The notes under the pieces are model-generated. The model ran no database searches. It was not told the origin of the DNA and saw nothing but the letters and a program-made list of their open reading frames with translations. 64,000 nt of DNA. Origin: Thermodesulfobacteriota bacterium. GTDB lineage: Bacteria > Desulfobacterota_D > UBA1144 > Nemesobacterales > JAJCZQ01. The stretch lies in NCBI GenBank assembly GCA_965203965.1, contig CBDBDR010000017.1:992001-1056000 (forward strand), given 5' to 3'. The translations under genes were made by a program, and so were the position numbers. The first letter of the stretch is position 1. Every line of letters begins with the position of its first letter. Below are positions 19,732 to 28,560 of the stretch, one piece after another.

Positions 19732-20619
19732 TCAAACCTCTCTCATACTGACCGAACCGAAAAACTCTCTCAATTCCTCAACCGTTCCTTCCGCATCCTC
19801 TTCGGGAATAAAATGCCCGCATGGCATCGCTCGTCCCGTGACCTTTGCCATTGTGTATCTCTCCCATACCTTCAAGGGATTAAACTTCCTTCCCACAACT
19901 CCCTTCTCACCCCATAAGACATGAAGCGGAATATCCATCGGTTTATGCCTGTCCGCCCTGTCATGTTCTAGGTCAATGGTTGCCGAAGCGCGGTAGTCCT
20001 CACATGAGGCGTGAATATGTTCGGGACAACTGAAAGAGTTCACATACATCTCTTCCATCTGGCCAAAATCAAAACCACCCGACCAGTTTTGCAGACACAT
20101 CCTTACCCATGCCCCGGGGTCGGTCGCTATCATCCGCTCTGGTACATCCGGGGGTTGGATCAGAAAAAACCAATGAAAATAGGCAGAGGCAAAATCCATG
20201 TCCGCTGCCTCATACATATCAAGTGTTGGACAGATATCAAGGACTGTCAGAGCCTTTACGTGGTCGCGGTGGTCTTTTGCCAGACGGTGTGCTACTCTAC
20301 CACCTCTGTCATGACCGGCTATGAAAAATTTCTCAAAACCTAAACTGTCCATCAATTGAACCATATCGTCCGCCATTGCACGTTTGGAATAGGAAAAATG
20401 GTCTGGTGTTGAAGGCGGAGCCATGCTGTCACCGTAACCTCTTAGGTCGGGGATTATAACGGTGAAATCCCGTGCAAGTTCGGGGGCGGTCTTGTGCCAC
20501 ATCAAGTGCGTCTGGGGATAGCCGTGGAGCAAAAGTAGAGGGAAACCATCACCCGCGGAAAGGCAGAGAATTTTTCCCTCATCAACGTTAACAAATTGCC
20601 GCTTAAAACCATCAAACAT
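19732..20619 (-). CDS. Haloacetate/fluoroacetate dehalogenase-like alpha/beta hydrolase
   Basis: LLLHGYPQT, GHDRGGRV, YFHWFF, CEDYRA, GHFIPEE; start moved to ATG 20619 (AAGGA 8 nt upstream). Confidence 0.85.
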   Translation of the reverse strand: MFDGFKRQFVNVDEGKILCLSAGDGFPLLLLHGYPQTHLMWHKTAPELARDFTVIIPDLRGYGDSMAPPSTPDHFSYSKRAMADDMVQLMDSLGFEKFFIAGHDRGGRVAHRLAKDHRDHVKALTVLDICPTLDMYEAADMDFASAYFHWFFLIQPPDVPERMIATDPGAWVRMCLQNWSGGFDFGQMEEMYVNSFSCPEHIHASCEDYRASATIDLEHDRADRHKPMDIPLHVLWGEKGVVGRKFNPLKVWERYTMAKVTGRAMPCGHFIPEEDAEGTVEELREFFGSVSMREV

Positions 20620-20632
20620 TTTTGCCATCCTT

Positions 20633-20662
20633 GTCAATAATCCCGTGAAAGCGAGAATCCAG
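20633..20662 (+). repeat. Degenerate REP-like palindrome of the GTCATTCCCGCGAAAGCGGGAATCCAG type
   Basis: GTCAATAATCCCGTGAAAGCGAGAATCCAG; single copy in window. Confidence 0.4.
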
Positions 20663-20934
20663 CCTCGCACTCCACTTTATTGGATATGGAAAACAATGCC
20701 TACAGAACACACTACCAAGCCCAATGCTGATGTTTGATACTGCTCAAAATTTTACACATTTTTTACTCATTGGACAATTTTCCATTTTGTCTTTCTTTTT
20801 GTTCAACGGATTAATAAGGCATTGCTAACCAAAGATTATCATCGCAGTAGAGTAAATTTTTGTTCACTAACTTGCATGAAATGCCCTTTTACGGACATTC
20901 TCTTGCTTGTATAGTGTATCATTTTCCATTCTTT

Positions 20935-21777
20935 ATGAATAAGGTCCGCAGTTACAGAAAATTTATCAAAATTGAGCATACACTTTTCTCTTTTCCCGTG
21001 GTGCTTGCCGGATCTTTTCTCGCATCCGAAGGTATTCCGCCATTGTATCTGCTTATGCTCATACTAATAGCCGCATCAGGTGCAAGAACTGCTGCAATGG
21101 GACTTAACAGGATAATTGACAGAAAGATCGACTACCTGAATCCGAGAACAAAAAACAGGGAACTGCCCAGTGGAAAAATATCTTTAAATGAAAGCTACAC
21201 GATTACAGGTTTTGGTCTGGGTTTTTATTTTGCAAGTTGTTTTCTTATCTGTGATCTAGTTTTTTACCTCTCTCCAATACCATTGGTCGTTTTTGTTACC
21301 TACCCGTATATGAAGCGATTTACCCCACTGTGTCATTTTGGTGTCGGACTTGCTCTGGCTTTCGCACCACTCGGTGGATGGATTGCTGTAACGTGTTCGC
21401 TAAATGGATTGGGACAGCCATTACTTCTCGCACTGTTCACTTTATTTTGGGTGTCAGGTTTTGACATTATCTATGCCACACTGGACGAGAAATTTGATCT
21501 TAAAAATAATATTTACTCAATAGTTTCAGCTTATGGAAAAGATAAAGCTCTTAAATTTTCAGCCGTTTGTCATGTCCTTGCATTTGTATGTTTAGTTGCG
21601 ATTTATTTAATGTATTTCGCTGGGATAATACCAGCAGTTACTTTGGTTATTACAGGTCTGCTTTTGCTCTTTGAACACAGAAAATCTTCAGATGTTGACT
21701 TGGCATTTTTTAAGATCAATATCCTTATTGGCACGTCTGTGTTCCTTTTTGTCTTGTGTGGTATATATTTAGGTTAA
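20935..21777 (+). CDS. UbiA-family prenyltransferase (MqnP-like, futalosine pathway)
   Basis: IKIEHTLF, ARTAAMGLNRIIDR.ID..NPRT..RELP, GFDIIYA; clustered with ubiX/ubiD/mqnE. Confidence 0.9.
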   Translation: MNKVRSYRKFIKIEHTLFSFPVVLAGSFLASEGIPPLYLLMLILIAASGARTAAMGLNRIIDRKIDYLNPRTKNRELPSGKISLNESYTITGFGLGFYFASCFLICDLVFYLSPIPLVVFVTYPYMKRFTPLCHFGVGLALAFAPLGGWIAVTCSLNGLGQPLLLALFTLFWVSGFDIIYATLDEKFDLKNNIYSIVSAYGKDKALKFSAVCHVLAFVCLVAIYLMYFAGIIPAVTLVITGLLLLFEHRKSSDVDLAFFKINILIGTSVFLFVLCGIYLG

Positions 21778-22329
21778 ATGAGAACGATTATTGGAATTAC
21801 AGGTGCTTCTGGAGTTACATACGGGGTGGATTTTGTGAGAAGATGCCCAGATGATAAATATCTGATTGCCAGCAAATGGGGTAAACACGTTCTCAATGAA
21901 GAACTTGAGTTGAAAGTTGACGAATTGAAACCCTGGGTCAACAAAATATATAGCGACTCTGATCTATCTTCACCTTTTTCATCCGGTAGCAATCATTTTG
22001 ATTCCTTAGTTATCGTTCCATGCACAATATCCACTCTTGCCAAGATAGCAAACGGTATTTCAGATACCCTGATAACAAGAATTGCTCAAGTTGCCCTCAA
22101 GGAAAAAAGACAACTTGTAATAGCCCTTAGGGAAACTCCTTTAAGTTCCATAGCCCTTGAAAACGCACTGAAGCTCTCGCGGGAAGGTGCAGTGATAATG
22201 CCAATAAGCTCACCACACTATTTGAAATCCGAGAAGGTAAGCGATTTAGTGGAAGCCTACGTTGACAAACTACTTGGCATTGTCGGAGTGCAAAACGGCA
22301 GCGGATGGAAAAGCGAGGAGCTTGATTGA
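21778..22329 (+). CDS. ubiX: Flavin prenyltransferase
   Basis: GITGASG, SSGS, PCTISTLAKIA.G, LKEKR.LV...RETP. Confidence 0.93.
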   Translation: MRTIIGITGASGVTYGVDFVRRCPDDKYLIASKWGKHVLNEELELKVDELKPWVNKIYSDSDLSSPFSSGSNHFDSLVIVPCTISTLAKIANGISDTLITRIAQVALKEKRQLVIALRETPLSSIALENALKLSREGAVIMPISSPHYLKSEKVSDLVEAYVDKLLGIVGVQNGSGWKSEELD

Positions 22330-22404
22330 CAAATAAGAAAGAGTCCAAGCCTCTTTATCTCATTGCTTAAATTTCTGAGTTGATAAAAGAGCATTTGCGA
22401 AAGA

Positions 22405-22539
22405 TTGGGAGAAGCAGACCTTCCCGGGATAGATGCGCTCTTTGACCTGATCATTATATCTCCTCTCTTGCTGATCGGTGGCTTTCTTGTTCTTTGTTTA
22501 ATTCTTAACATCATCGGACTTATCTTTGGTATTGGTTAA
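22405..22539 (+). CDS. Possible 44-aa hydrophobic membrane peptide or gene fragment
   Basis: TTG-start frame LGEADLPGIDALFDLIIISPLLLIGGFLVLCLILNIIGLIFGIG*; no clear RBS. Confidence 0.3.
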   Translation: MGEADLPGIDALFDLIIISPLLLIGGFLVLCLILNIIGLIFGIG

Positions 22540-22588
22540 ATACCCTGTATTTCACTACCCCGTTTAACACTGCTCCATCATAGGAAGG

Positions 22589-22641
22589 GACTACCCCGTC
22601 ATTGCCTGATGGCAATGCCACCCCTTCAGGGAAGGGGAATT
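22589..22641 (-). repeat. REP-like double-hairpin repeat, copy 1
   Basis: Minus strand AATTCCCCTTCCCTGAAGGGGTGGCA-ttgccatcaggcaa-TGACGGGGTAGTC; matches 23622 and 55491 copies. Confidence 0.8.
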
Positions 22642-22700
22642 TTAAAGAAAATATACCGCGTTAAACACTGTTAAAACGGCGTTTAAATCGTGTTTAATCA

Positions 22701-22840
22701 CTATTCTCTACCTCTTGGTGAACTCACTGTCTGAACGCTGAACTCCCCAGTTACACCACCGATCGTAACAGTTGCAATAACTATCCGGACAAACTGGCTT
22801 GCCGCCGTTACCCTGACCGCTACGGTCTTCCCACTGGCAA
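22701..22840 (-). pseudogene. C-terminal fragment of a beta-rich surface/phage protein
   Basis: GKTVAVRVTAASQF...ATVTIGGVTGEFSVQT resembles repeat modules of large secreted proteins; no credible start. Confidence 0.35.
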
Positions 22841-22844
22841 AGTA

Positions 22845-23351
22845 GTGTTGCCACACGCCAGCTTTGGCTTTAATCCCTACAAAGCTACTTACCAACCTGA
22901 TTTAAATAAATATAGCTATCCTACAGCGAGGCACTTTGCCACAAATATTGCTTCCAGCCCTAACGCCAAGTTGTTTTTTGAAGGCAGAATTGGAGGAAAA
23001 CTTACGACGGCAGTGGTAGACCCTGCCACCTCAAAAACAATAGGGGCAGAGAACAACACAGTGTGGATACACGCTGACAAAATGAGACATATAAGAAAGA
23101 AACACGAGGACATAACCTCAGCAGACCTTGCAAAAATTCAAGATATAGTTGAGAAAGGAGAAGTTATCACCAATCCCAAAGGTTTTTCTGACTTCCTTCT
23201 TTTTAAAAAAATTCAAAACAAAGAATACACCGTGCCTGTGAGCGTGGTAAAAAATGGTGTGAACGTAAATACGTTCTTTGAAGCGAATCTTGATTACAGA
23301 GAACACATAATTAAAATTGGGGGAAAAGTTATGAAGAAAGAGGAAAATTGA
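22845..23351 (+). CDS. Truncated Mu-like phage head morphogenesis (MuF) protein: linker plus C-terminal BECR-fold (PBECR-like) putative RNase domain
   Basis: PHASFGFNPYKA.YQPDLNKY resembles the end of MuF/gpF; VWI..DKMRHIRKKH.DI..DL..I.DIVE.G ... NTFF resembles PBECR-type nucleases; MuF core absent. Confidence 0.55.
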   Translation: MLPHASFGFNPYKATYQPDLNKYSYPTARHFATNIASSPNAKLFFEGRIGGKLTTAVVDPATSKTIGAENNTVWIHADKMRHIRKKHEDITSADLAKIQDIVEKGEVITNPKGFSDFLLFKKIQNKEYTVPVSVVKNGVNVNTFFEANLDYREHIIKIGGKVMKKEEN

Positions 23352-23483
23352 GGGGTCGCCTGGTTCCCTCTGGGGTGAGCTGAGGACTCGCTTTTCCCTC
23401 TCTGCCTTCTTAGGGGCTACTTCTTCAGTCTCCAGGGTTTACCTAACCGTAACGGTGACCGAGATTTTGCTGCCCACCCTTTG
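23345..23483 (-). ncRNA. Putative ~140-nt structured RNA convergent with the nuclease gene
   Basis: TTGACA(23518-23513)-17-TAGGTT(23495-23490) promoter; GC-rich; GGGUGGGC/GCUCACCC helix, GAGGG/UCCUC and GAGGG/CCCUC hairpins. Confidence 0.6.
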
Positions 23484-23621
23484 AACAAAAACCTACTTAA
23501 TTTCAAGCAATTTGTCAATTCCCCTCTTTAAGCACAACGCATTTGTCTTAAATGGAAATATAGCAAAAAATGCAATAAATACAGTGAGTTAGCAGTTGCA
23601 AATAAGAGTAGATGTTTAAAT

Positions 23622-23669
23622 AATTCCCCTCCTGTGGAGGGGTGGCAGGCAAAGCCTGACGGGGTGGTT
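23622..23669 (+). repeat. REP-like double-hairpin repeat, copy 2
   Basis: AATTCCCCTCCTGTGGAGGGGTGGCA-ggcaaagcc-TGACGGGGTGGTT. Confidence 0.8.
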
Positions 23670-23800
23670 AAAAAAAGGGGAATCCCTGACGCTCCCTTAT
23701 GTGTGCGAGGGGGACTCGGGTAACTCCCCTACATAACTTATTGGGCATCAGGCATGCACTCAGCAATCGCTCCGAGCAGTTTTTGCCGCAACACACTTGA
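23670..23800 (-). ncRNA. Second putative structured RNA with U-tail
   Basis: TTGACG at 23835-23830, weak -10; long stem CCUGAUGC/GCGUCAGG, UUAUGU/ACAUAA, GGGGA/UCCCC; ends in 7 U. Confidence 0.5.
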
Positions 23801-23960
23801 TAACCTATATAACACAAGTGAGAGGTAGTCGTCAAGTAGTCTATTCACCACCCCATAGCAGAACTCACTGGTTGCAATAGGTCAGGATTTTACCATAAAA
23901 TAAAAATGACCCTAAAGTTGCTTATTATTATAATTGTTCTTATCTTTATAGTTTATTACC

Positions 23961-25736
23961 ATGTCTAATTCCAAACCCAATTTTTATGACCTGAGTGGAT
24001 ATATTGACCATCTGGAAAGGATAGGCGATGTCAGTAGGATCAAGGCTGAAGTCGATCCAGTGCTTGAAGTAACCGAAATTGCAGACAGAGTGATAAAGGA
24101 AAACGGACCTGCGTTAATCTTTGAGAACGTAAAAGGATCCAATTTCCCATTGGCAATGAACCTATTTGGCACAGAGGAAAGGGTGGAGTTGGCTTTGGGC
24201 AGAAAACCCGCTGATGTAGGTAATGAACTCGTTGAAATATTTCAGAAACTTAATCCACCTTCAATAAGAGCTTTTTTTTCAATACTTCCTAGCGCTTACA
24301 GCCTGATCAATATGCGTACTAAAACTGTTAAGTCGGGACTTGTGCAATACAATGAATTCAGTCCGGATCTGTCAAGACTCCCAGTAATCAAGTGCTGGCC
24401 CAAAGACGGGGGTAAGTTCATTACACTGGGTTTGGTGCTAACTCAAGATCCTGTATCAAAAAGAAGAAATCTGGGTATTTACAGGATGCAGATCTATGAT
24501 AAAGAAACCACCGGAATGCACTGGCATCCACACAAGGGTGGTGCCGCACACTATCATGAAGCAACAAAACTCAATAAAGACCTTGAAGTAGCCGTGGTGT
24601 TGGGTGGAGATCCTAAAATGATATTCAGTGCAATTGCCCCTCTGCCTGAAGGCATGGACGAACTTGCTTTTGCCAGCTTTCTCAGAAAAAAACCAATACC
24701 TATGGTCAAGGGAAAAACAATATCTCAAACCGTGCCCGCAAATGCGGACATAATAATTGAAGGAATTGTCCCGCAGAACATCGTAAGAGAAGAAGGTCCA
24801 TTTGGCGACCATTTTGGTCACTATTCAATGGAAGCAGATTTTCCCATATTGAAGGTAAAGACAATTACCCATAAACATAATGCAATATACCCAGCAACGG
24901 TTGTCGGCAAACCTCCCAAGGAAGATATATTCCTCGGCATCGCAGCGGGAGAGATGTTCTCTCCACTTATTAGAATCATACAACCTGAAGTAAAAGATAT
25001 GTGGGCTTATCCGGAAGCCGGTTTTCATAACCTACTTGCTGTATCAGTTGATGAACGTTTCCCGAAAAACGGGATAAAAGCCATGCTCGCGCTTTGGGGT
25101 ATAGGTCAACTACTTCTAACAAAGTGTATGATCACCGTCTCAAGTGACGTTGATCCAAGGGATTTCAATGCAGTGCTGAATGAGATAGGGGAAAATTTTG
25201 ACCCCAGAGAAGATTTTCTCCTTATTCCCTGGGCCCCGCTTGATACGCTGGATTTTACAAGTGGAAAACTCAACGTGGGAAGCAAAATGGGCATTAACGC
25301 TACCAGAAAAACCGGGGCAGGAAAGAAAAAATATGCCAAACGAGTTCCCAATCCGAAGGAAAAGCACGAAAATATACTGAACTACAGATTGTTGAACGGT
25401 GGTTTTTTGGTTTTGCAGGTTAGGGATAAACCGAAAGAAATGATTGAAAAGATATTTGAAACTCCTGGTTTTGACAATATCCGTATCATCGCCGTGGTAA
25501 GTGAGGACATTGATCTGAGCAATGATACGGATTTGATCTGGGGTATATTTACCCGTTTTGATCCCTACCTTGACGTTGTTTTTGAACACACTGAACTAAA
25601 AGGTTCGGCAGTGGTTTACAACGGTAGAATGGGAATAGATGCAACAATAAAAAAATGGTATCCTGAGGTGATTGAAATGTCTGAGGATATAAAAAATAAG
25701 GTGATCGAAAAGTGGAACAGCTATTGGAAAATGTAA
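23961..25736 (+). CDS. ubiD: UbiD-family menaquinone biosynthesis decarboxylase (MqnL-like)
   Basis: RNLGIYRMQ, MHWH.HKGGA.H, EGPFGDHFGHYS, VGKPPKED. Confidence 0.93.
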   Translation: MSNSKPNFYDLSGYIDHLERIGDVSRIKAEVDPVLEVTEIADRVIKENGPALIFENVKGSNFPLAMNLFGTEERVELALGRKPADVGNELVEIFQKLNPPSIRAFFSILPSAYSLINMRTKTVKSGLVQYNEFSPDLSRLPVIKCWPKDGGKFITLGLVLTQDPVSKRRNLGIYRMQIYDKETTGMHWHPHKGGAAHYHEATKLNKDLEVAVVLGGDPKMIFSAIAPLPEGMDELAFASFLRKKPIPMVKGKTISQTVPANADIIIEGIVPQNIVREEGPFGDHFGHYSMEADFPILKVKTITHKHNAIYPATVVGKPPKEDIFLGIAAGEMFSPLIRIIQPEVKDMWAYPEAGFHNLLAVSVDERFPKNGIKAMLALWGIGQLLLTKCMITVSSDVDPRDFNAVLNEIGENFDPREDFLLIPWAPLDTLDFTSGKLNVGSKMGINATRKTGAGKKKYAKRVPNPKEKHENILNYRLLNGGFLVLQVRDKPKEMIEKIFETPGFDNIRIIAVVSEDIDLSNDTDLIWGIFTRFDPYLDVVFEHTELKGSAVVYNGRMGIDATIKKWYPEVIEMSEDIKNKVIEKWNSYWKM

Positions 25737-26818
25737 AATACTTCTGCAACGACAAGTCCTTGATACCTATAATGGAAAAAGTGGAAAGCGGTGAACGTAT
25801 CAGTTTTGAAGACGGTATGAAAATAATGGAGTCCGACGATCTTGGCACAATTGGTATGATGGCAGATTACGTTAAAAGAAAAAGGACAGATGATAAAGTG
25901 TATTTTGTGGTCAACAGGCACGTTAATCCTTCAAACATTTGTGCTATATCCTGCCGTTTTTGTGCATTTGGCACTACCAAAAAGTCCGCGAATGCCTATG
26001 AGCTTTCACATGAACAGATACTTTCAATGCTGAATGATGAGATACGTGAAGTTCACATTGTCGGTGGACTTCATCCTGACTGGAAATTTGAACAATACCT
26101 TGATATTGTGAGACTCATAAAAAATGAATATCCCAAAACTCACATAAAAGCCTTTACCGCAGTTGAAATTGACTGGTTCACCGAAATCAGTGGTGCATCA
26201 ATAGAAGACGTGCTTATTAGTTTGAAAGAAAGTGGTATTGATGCCCTAACCGGTGGTGGGGCTGAAATTCTTCATCCTGATATCAGAAAGAAAATCTGTT
26301 CACCTAAAACTGTTGCTACCCGCTGGGAAGAAATTCACAAGGTCGCACACAGCCTTTCAATTCCCTCCAATGCAACTATTCTCTATGGTCACCTGGAAAA
26401 GCCGTTTCATGTCGTAGATCATCTGGAAAGACTTAGAAACATTGAAGATGAATCTCCGGGGTTTTTTGCGTTCATACCTGTTTTGTTCCAACCTGAAAAC
26501 ACGGGACTAAAAAACATCAAACCATTCCCTGCCTCTTACGATATGAAGATCCACGCACTTGCAAGACTCTACCTTGATAATTTTCCCCATATAAAAGCAT
26601 ACTGGATAACTCTGGGTGAAAAAGCCGCGCAGGTAGCTCTTCATTATGGAGCAAGTGACGCGGATGGAACAATTATGAGAGAAAAGATCATCCATGATGC
26701 TGGCGCCCCATCAGAAGTTGGACATAGCAGGGAGTTTATGATCAACTTAATAAAAAATTCCGGCTATACACCTGTTGAAAGAGATGCTCTCTATAATGAA
26801 GTGCAGGTTTATAGTTAG
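25712..26818 (+). CDS. mqnE: Aminofutalosine synthase (radical SAM, CofH-like)
   Basis: NRHVNPSNICAISCRFCAF, EVHIVGGLHP, GGGAEI, RLYLDNFPHIKAYW. Confidence 0.88.
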   Translation: MEQLLENVKYFCNDKSLIPIMEKVESGERISFEDGMKIMESDDLGTIGMMADYVKRKRTDDKVYFVVNRHVNPSNICAISCRFCAFGTTKKSANAYELSHEQILSMLNDEIREVHIVGGLHPDWKFEQYLDIVRLIKNEYPKTHIKAFTAVEIDWFTEISGASIEDVLISLKESGIDALTGGGAEILHPDIRKKICSPKTVATRWEEIHKVAHSLSIPSNATILYGHLEKPFHVVDHLERLRNIEDESPGFFAFIPVLFQPENTGLKNIKPFPASYDMKIHALARLYLDNFPHIKAYWITLGEKAAQVALHYGASDADGTIMREKIIHDAGAPSEVGHSREFMINLIKNSGYTPVERDALYNEVQVYS

Positions 26819-26911
26819 TTGCAAGATCATACCTTATTATTGAAAGACGAAAATCAGACAAAAATGTCCAAGGTTTAACGAATGGATCAAGAAGTTGAAG
26901 GAAGTTGGTCA

Positions 26912-27367
26912 ATGAAAGGGACAAAACTTTTTTTAATTTTATTTTTTCTAGTGTTTGGAGTTGGCACTAACTCCTATGGGAAAACATGTAAATATGTAGA
27001 TAAGAATGGGAAAACTATATTTACAAATAAACACTGTCCAAATAATTCCAAAGCAGAAAAGCTAAAGAGCCATACTAAAAAGAATGCATCTAGGCCACAA
27101 AAAATGACCACAGATGATAAATATGATGTATTGAGTCAATGTGAACGGTACTATAAGGAATTGTTTGAATCAGAGATACAGTATAACCAGTTTGTGAAAG
27201 AAGATTTTGATATATGGAGTTGGAAAATGAAACTTGCAAATGATAGGTGGGAAAGGAAACTTGCATTAAATGAGTATAAATTGCAAATTTGTGTAAATTG
27301 CCAAAATTGTCGAAAGCAATGCCAAGTAGTTTATTCCAGTAACAAGAGTGTTTACAGCAATGCATAA
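26912..27367 (+). CDS. Secreted DUF4124-like protein
   Basis: Signal peptide then KYVDKNGKTIFTNKHCP; start moved to ATG 26912. Confidence 0.65.
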   Translation: MKGTKLFLILFFLVFGVGTNSYGKTCKYVDKNGKTIFTNKHCPNNSKAEKLKSHTKKNASRPQKMTTDDKYDVLSQCERYYKELFESEIQYNQFVKEDFDIWSWKMKLANDRWERKLALNEYKLQICVNCQNCRKQCQVVYSSNKSVYSNA

Positions 27368-27410
27368 TTAGTTGGAAGATATGCCCATAGTATCCGTATA
27401 GTGTTACCCA

Positions 27411-28538
27411 ATGACAAATAAAAACCATCTAATAATTGATTCAAGCGAAAGTAACTCTGACCTCTACTACAAGACAAGATTCTTTGTGCCAGATCCTGTT
27501 ACTTTTATAGACAGTAAAGGAAAAATCACTCTTGTTCTAAGTGACCTTGAATATGAGAGAGGAAAATCACGATCGGATGCAGATGAGGTCATTTCTTACT
27601 CCTCCTGTGTTGATGAGTTGAGAAAAAAGAAAATCAAAAAAATTAACTACATTGATATTGTTGAATTGGTTTTAAAGCAAAAGAGGATTAAAAATCTTAT
27701 TGTTCAAAAAGAGTTTCCCTTGCATTATGCCGATGAGTTAAGAAAACGGGGATACAAAATAAAGTCAATCAATAGTCATAGCCTCTATCCGGAAAGGTTA
27801 GTGAAATCTCAACAAGAATTGAAAATTCTTAAAAATTCAATCAAAAAAACCGTAGAGGCAATGGATTTGGCAATTTCAACAATATCACGTTCTGTCATTA
27901 AAAATAACAGGCTCTATTTTCAAAAAAGTGTCCTAACATCAGAAAAAGTTAAAGGTTTAATTGACAGTTACTTGGCGCAAAATGGTTTCACTTCAACTCA
28001 TACAATTGTTGCATGCGGCAAGCATTCATGGATGCCTCATAACACTGGACATGGTCAACTATACGCTAATAAGCCAATAATTATTGATATATTTCCAAAG
28101 TCCCAATCCACAGGCTACTTTGGTGATATGACAAGAACTATCGTCAAAGGAAATCCCCCTGAAAAACTGGTAGAGATGTATAATACCGTGCTTGAGGGAC
28201 AGAAACTCGCAATAAGTATGATCAAAAGCGGGATAAAAAGCAGAAATATTCATTCTAAAATATTAAGACTTTTTGAAAGCAAAGGTTTTAAGACGGAAAG
28301 TATAGATAATAAACCGCAGGGATTTATCCACTCAACGGGTCATGGACTTGGACTTGACATACATGAACCTCCAAGAATTGGCTTATGTAACGATATACTG
28401 AAAGAAGGGAACGTTGTAACGGTGGAACCGGGTCTATATTATGAAAAACTTGGCGGGATAAGAATTGAAGACGTGGTTTACGTTACAGGTAAAGGATGTG
28501 AGAATCTAACTAAATACAAAAAGAATTTTGTAGTTTAA
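27411..28538 (+). CDS. Xaa-Pro aminopeptidase (M24 family)
   Basis: GYFGDMTRT, HSTGHGLGLDIHEPP, VTVEPGLY, GGIRIED. Confidence 0.93.
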   Translation: MTNKNHLIIDSSESNSDLYYKTRFFVPDPVTFIDSKGKITLVLSDLEYERGKSRSDADEVISYSSCVDELRKKKIKKINYIDIVELVLKQKRIKNLIVQKEFPLHYADELRKRGYKIKSINSHSLYPERLVKSQQELKILKNSIKKTVEAMDLAISTISRSVIKNNRLYFQKSVLTSEKVKGLIDSYLAQNGFTSTHTIVACGKHSWMPHNTGHGQLYANKPIIIDIFPKSQSTGYFGDMTRTIVKGNPPEKLVEMYNTVLEGQKLAISMIKSGIKSRNIHSKILRLFESKGFKTESIDNKPQGFIHSTGHGLGLDIHEPPRIGLCNDILKEGNVVTVEPGLYYEKLGGIRIEDVVYVTGKGCENLTKYKKNFVV

Positions 28539-28560
28539 TTGTCCATAAACTCAAACAATT

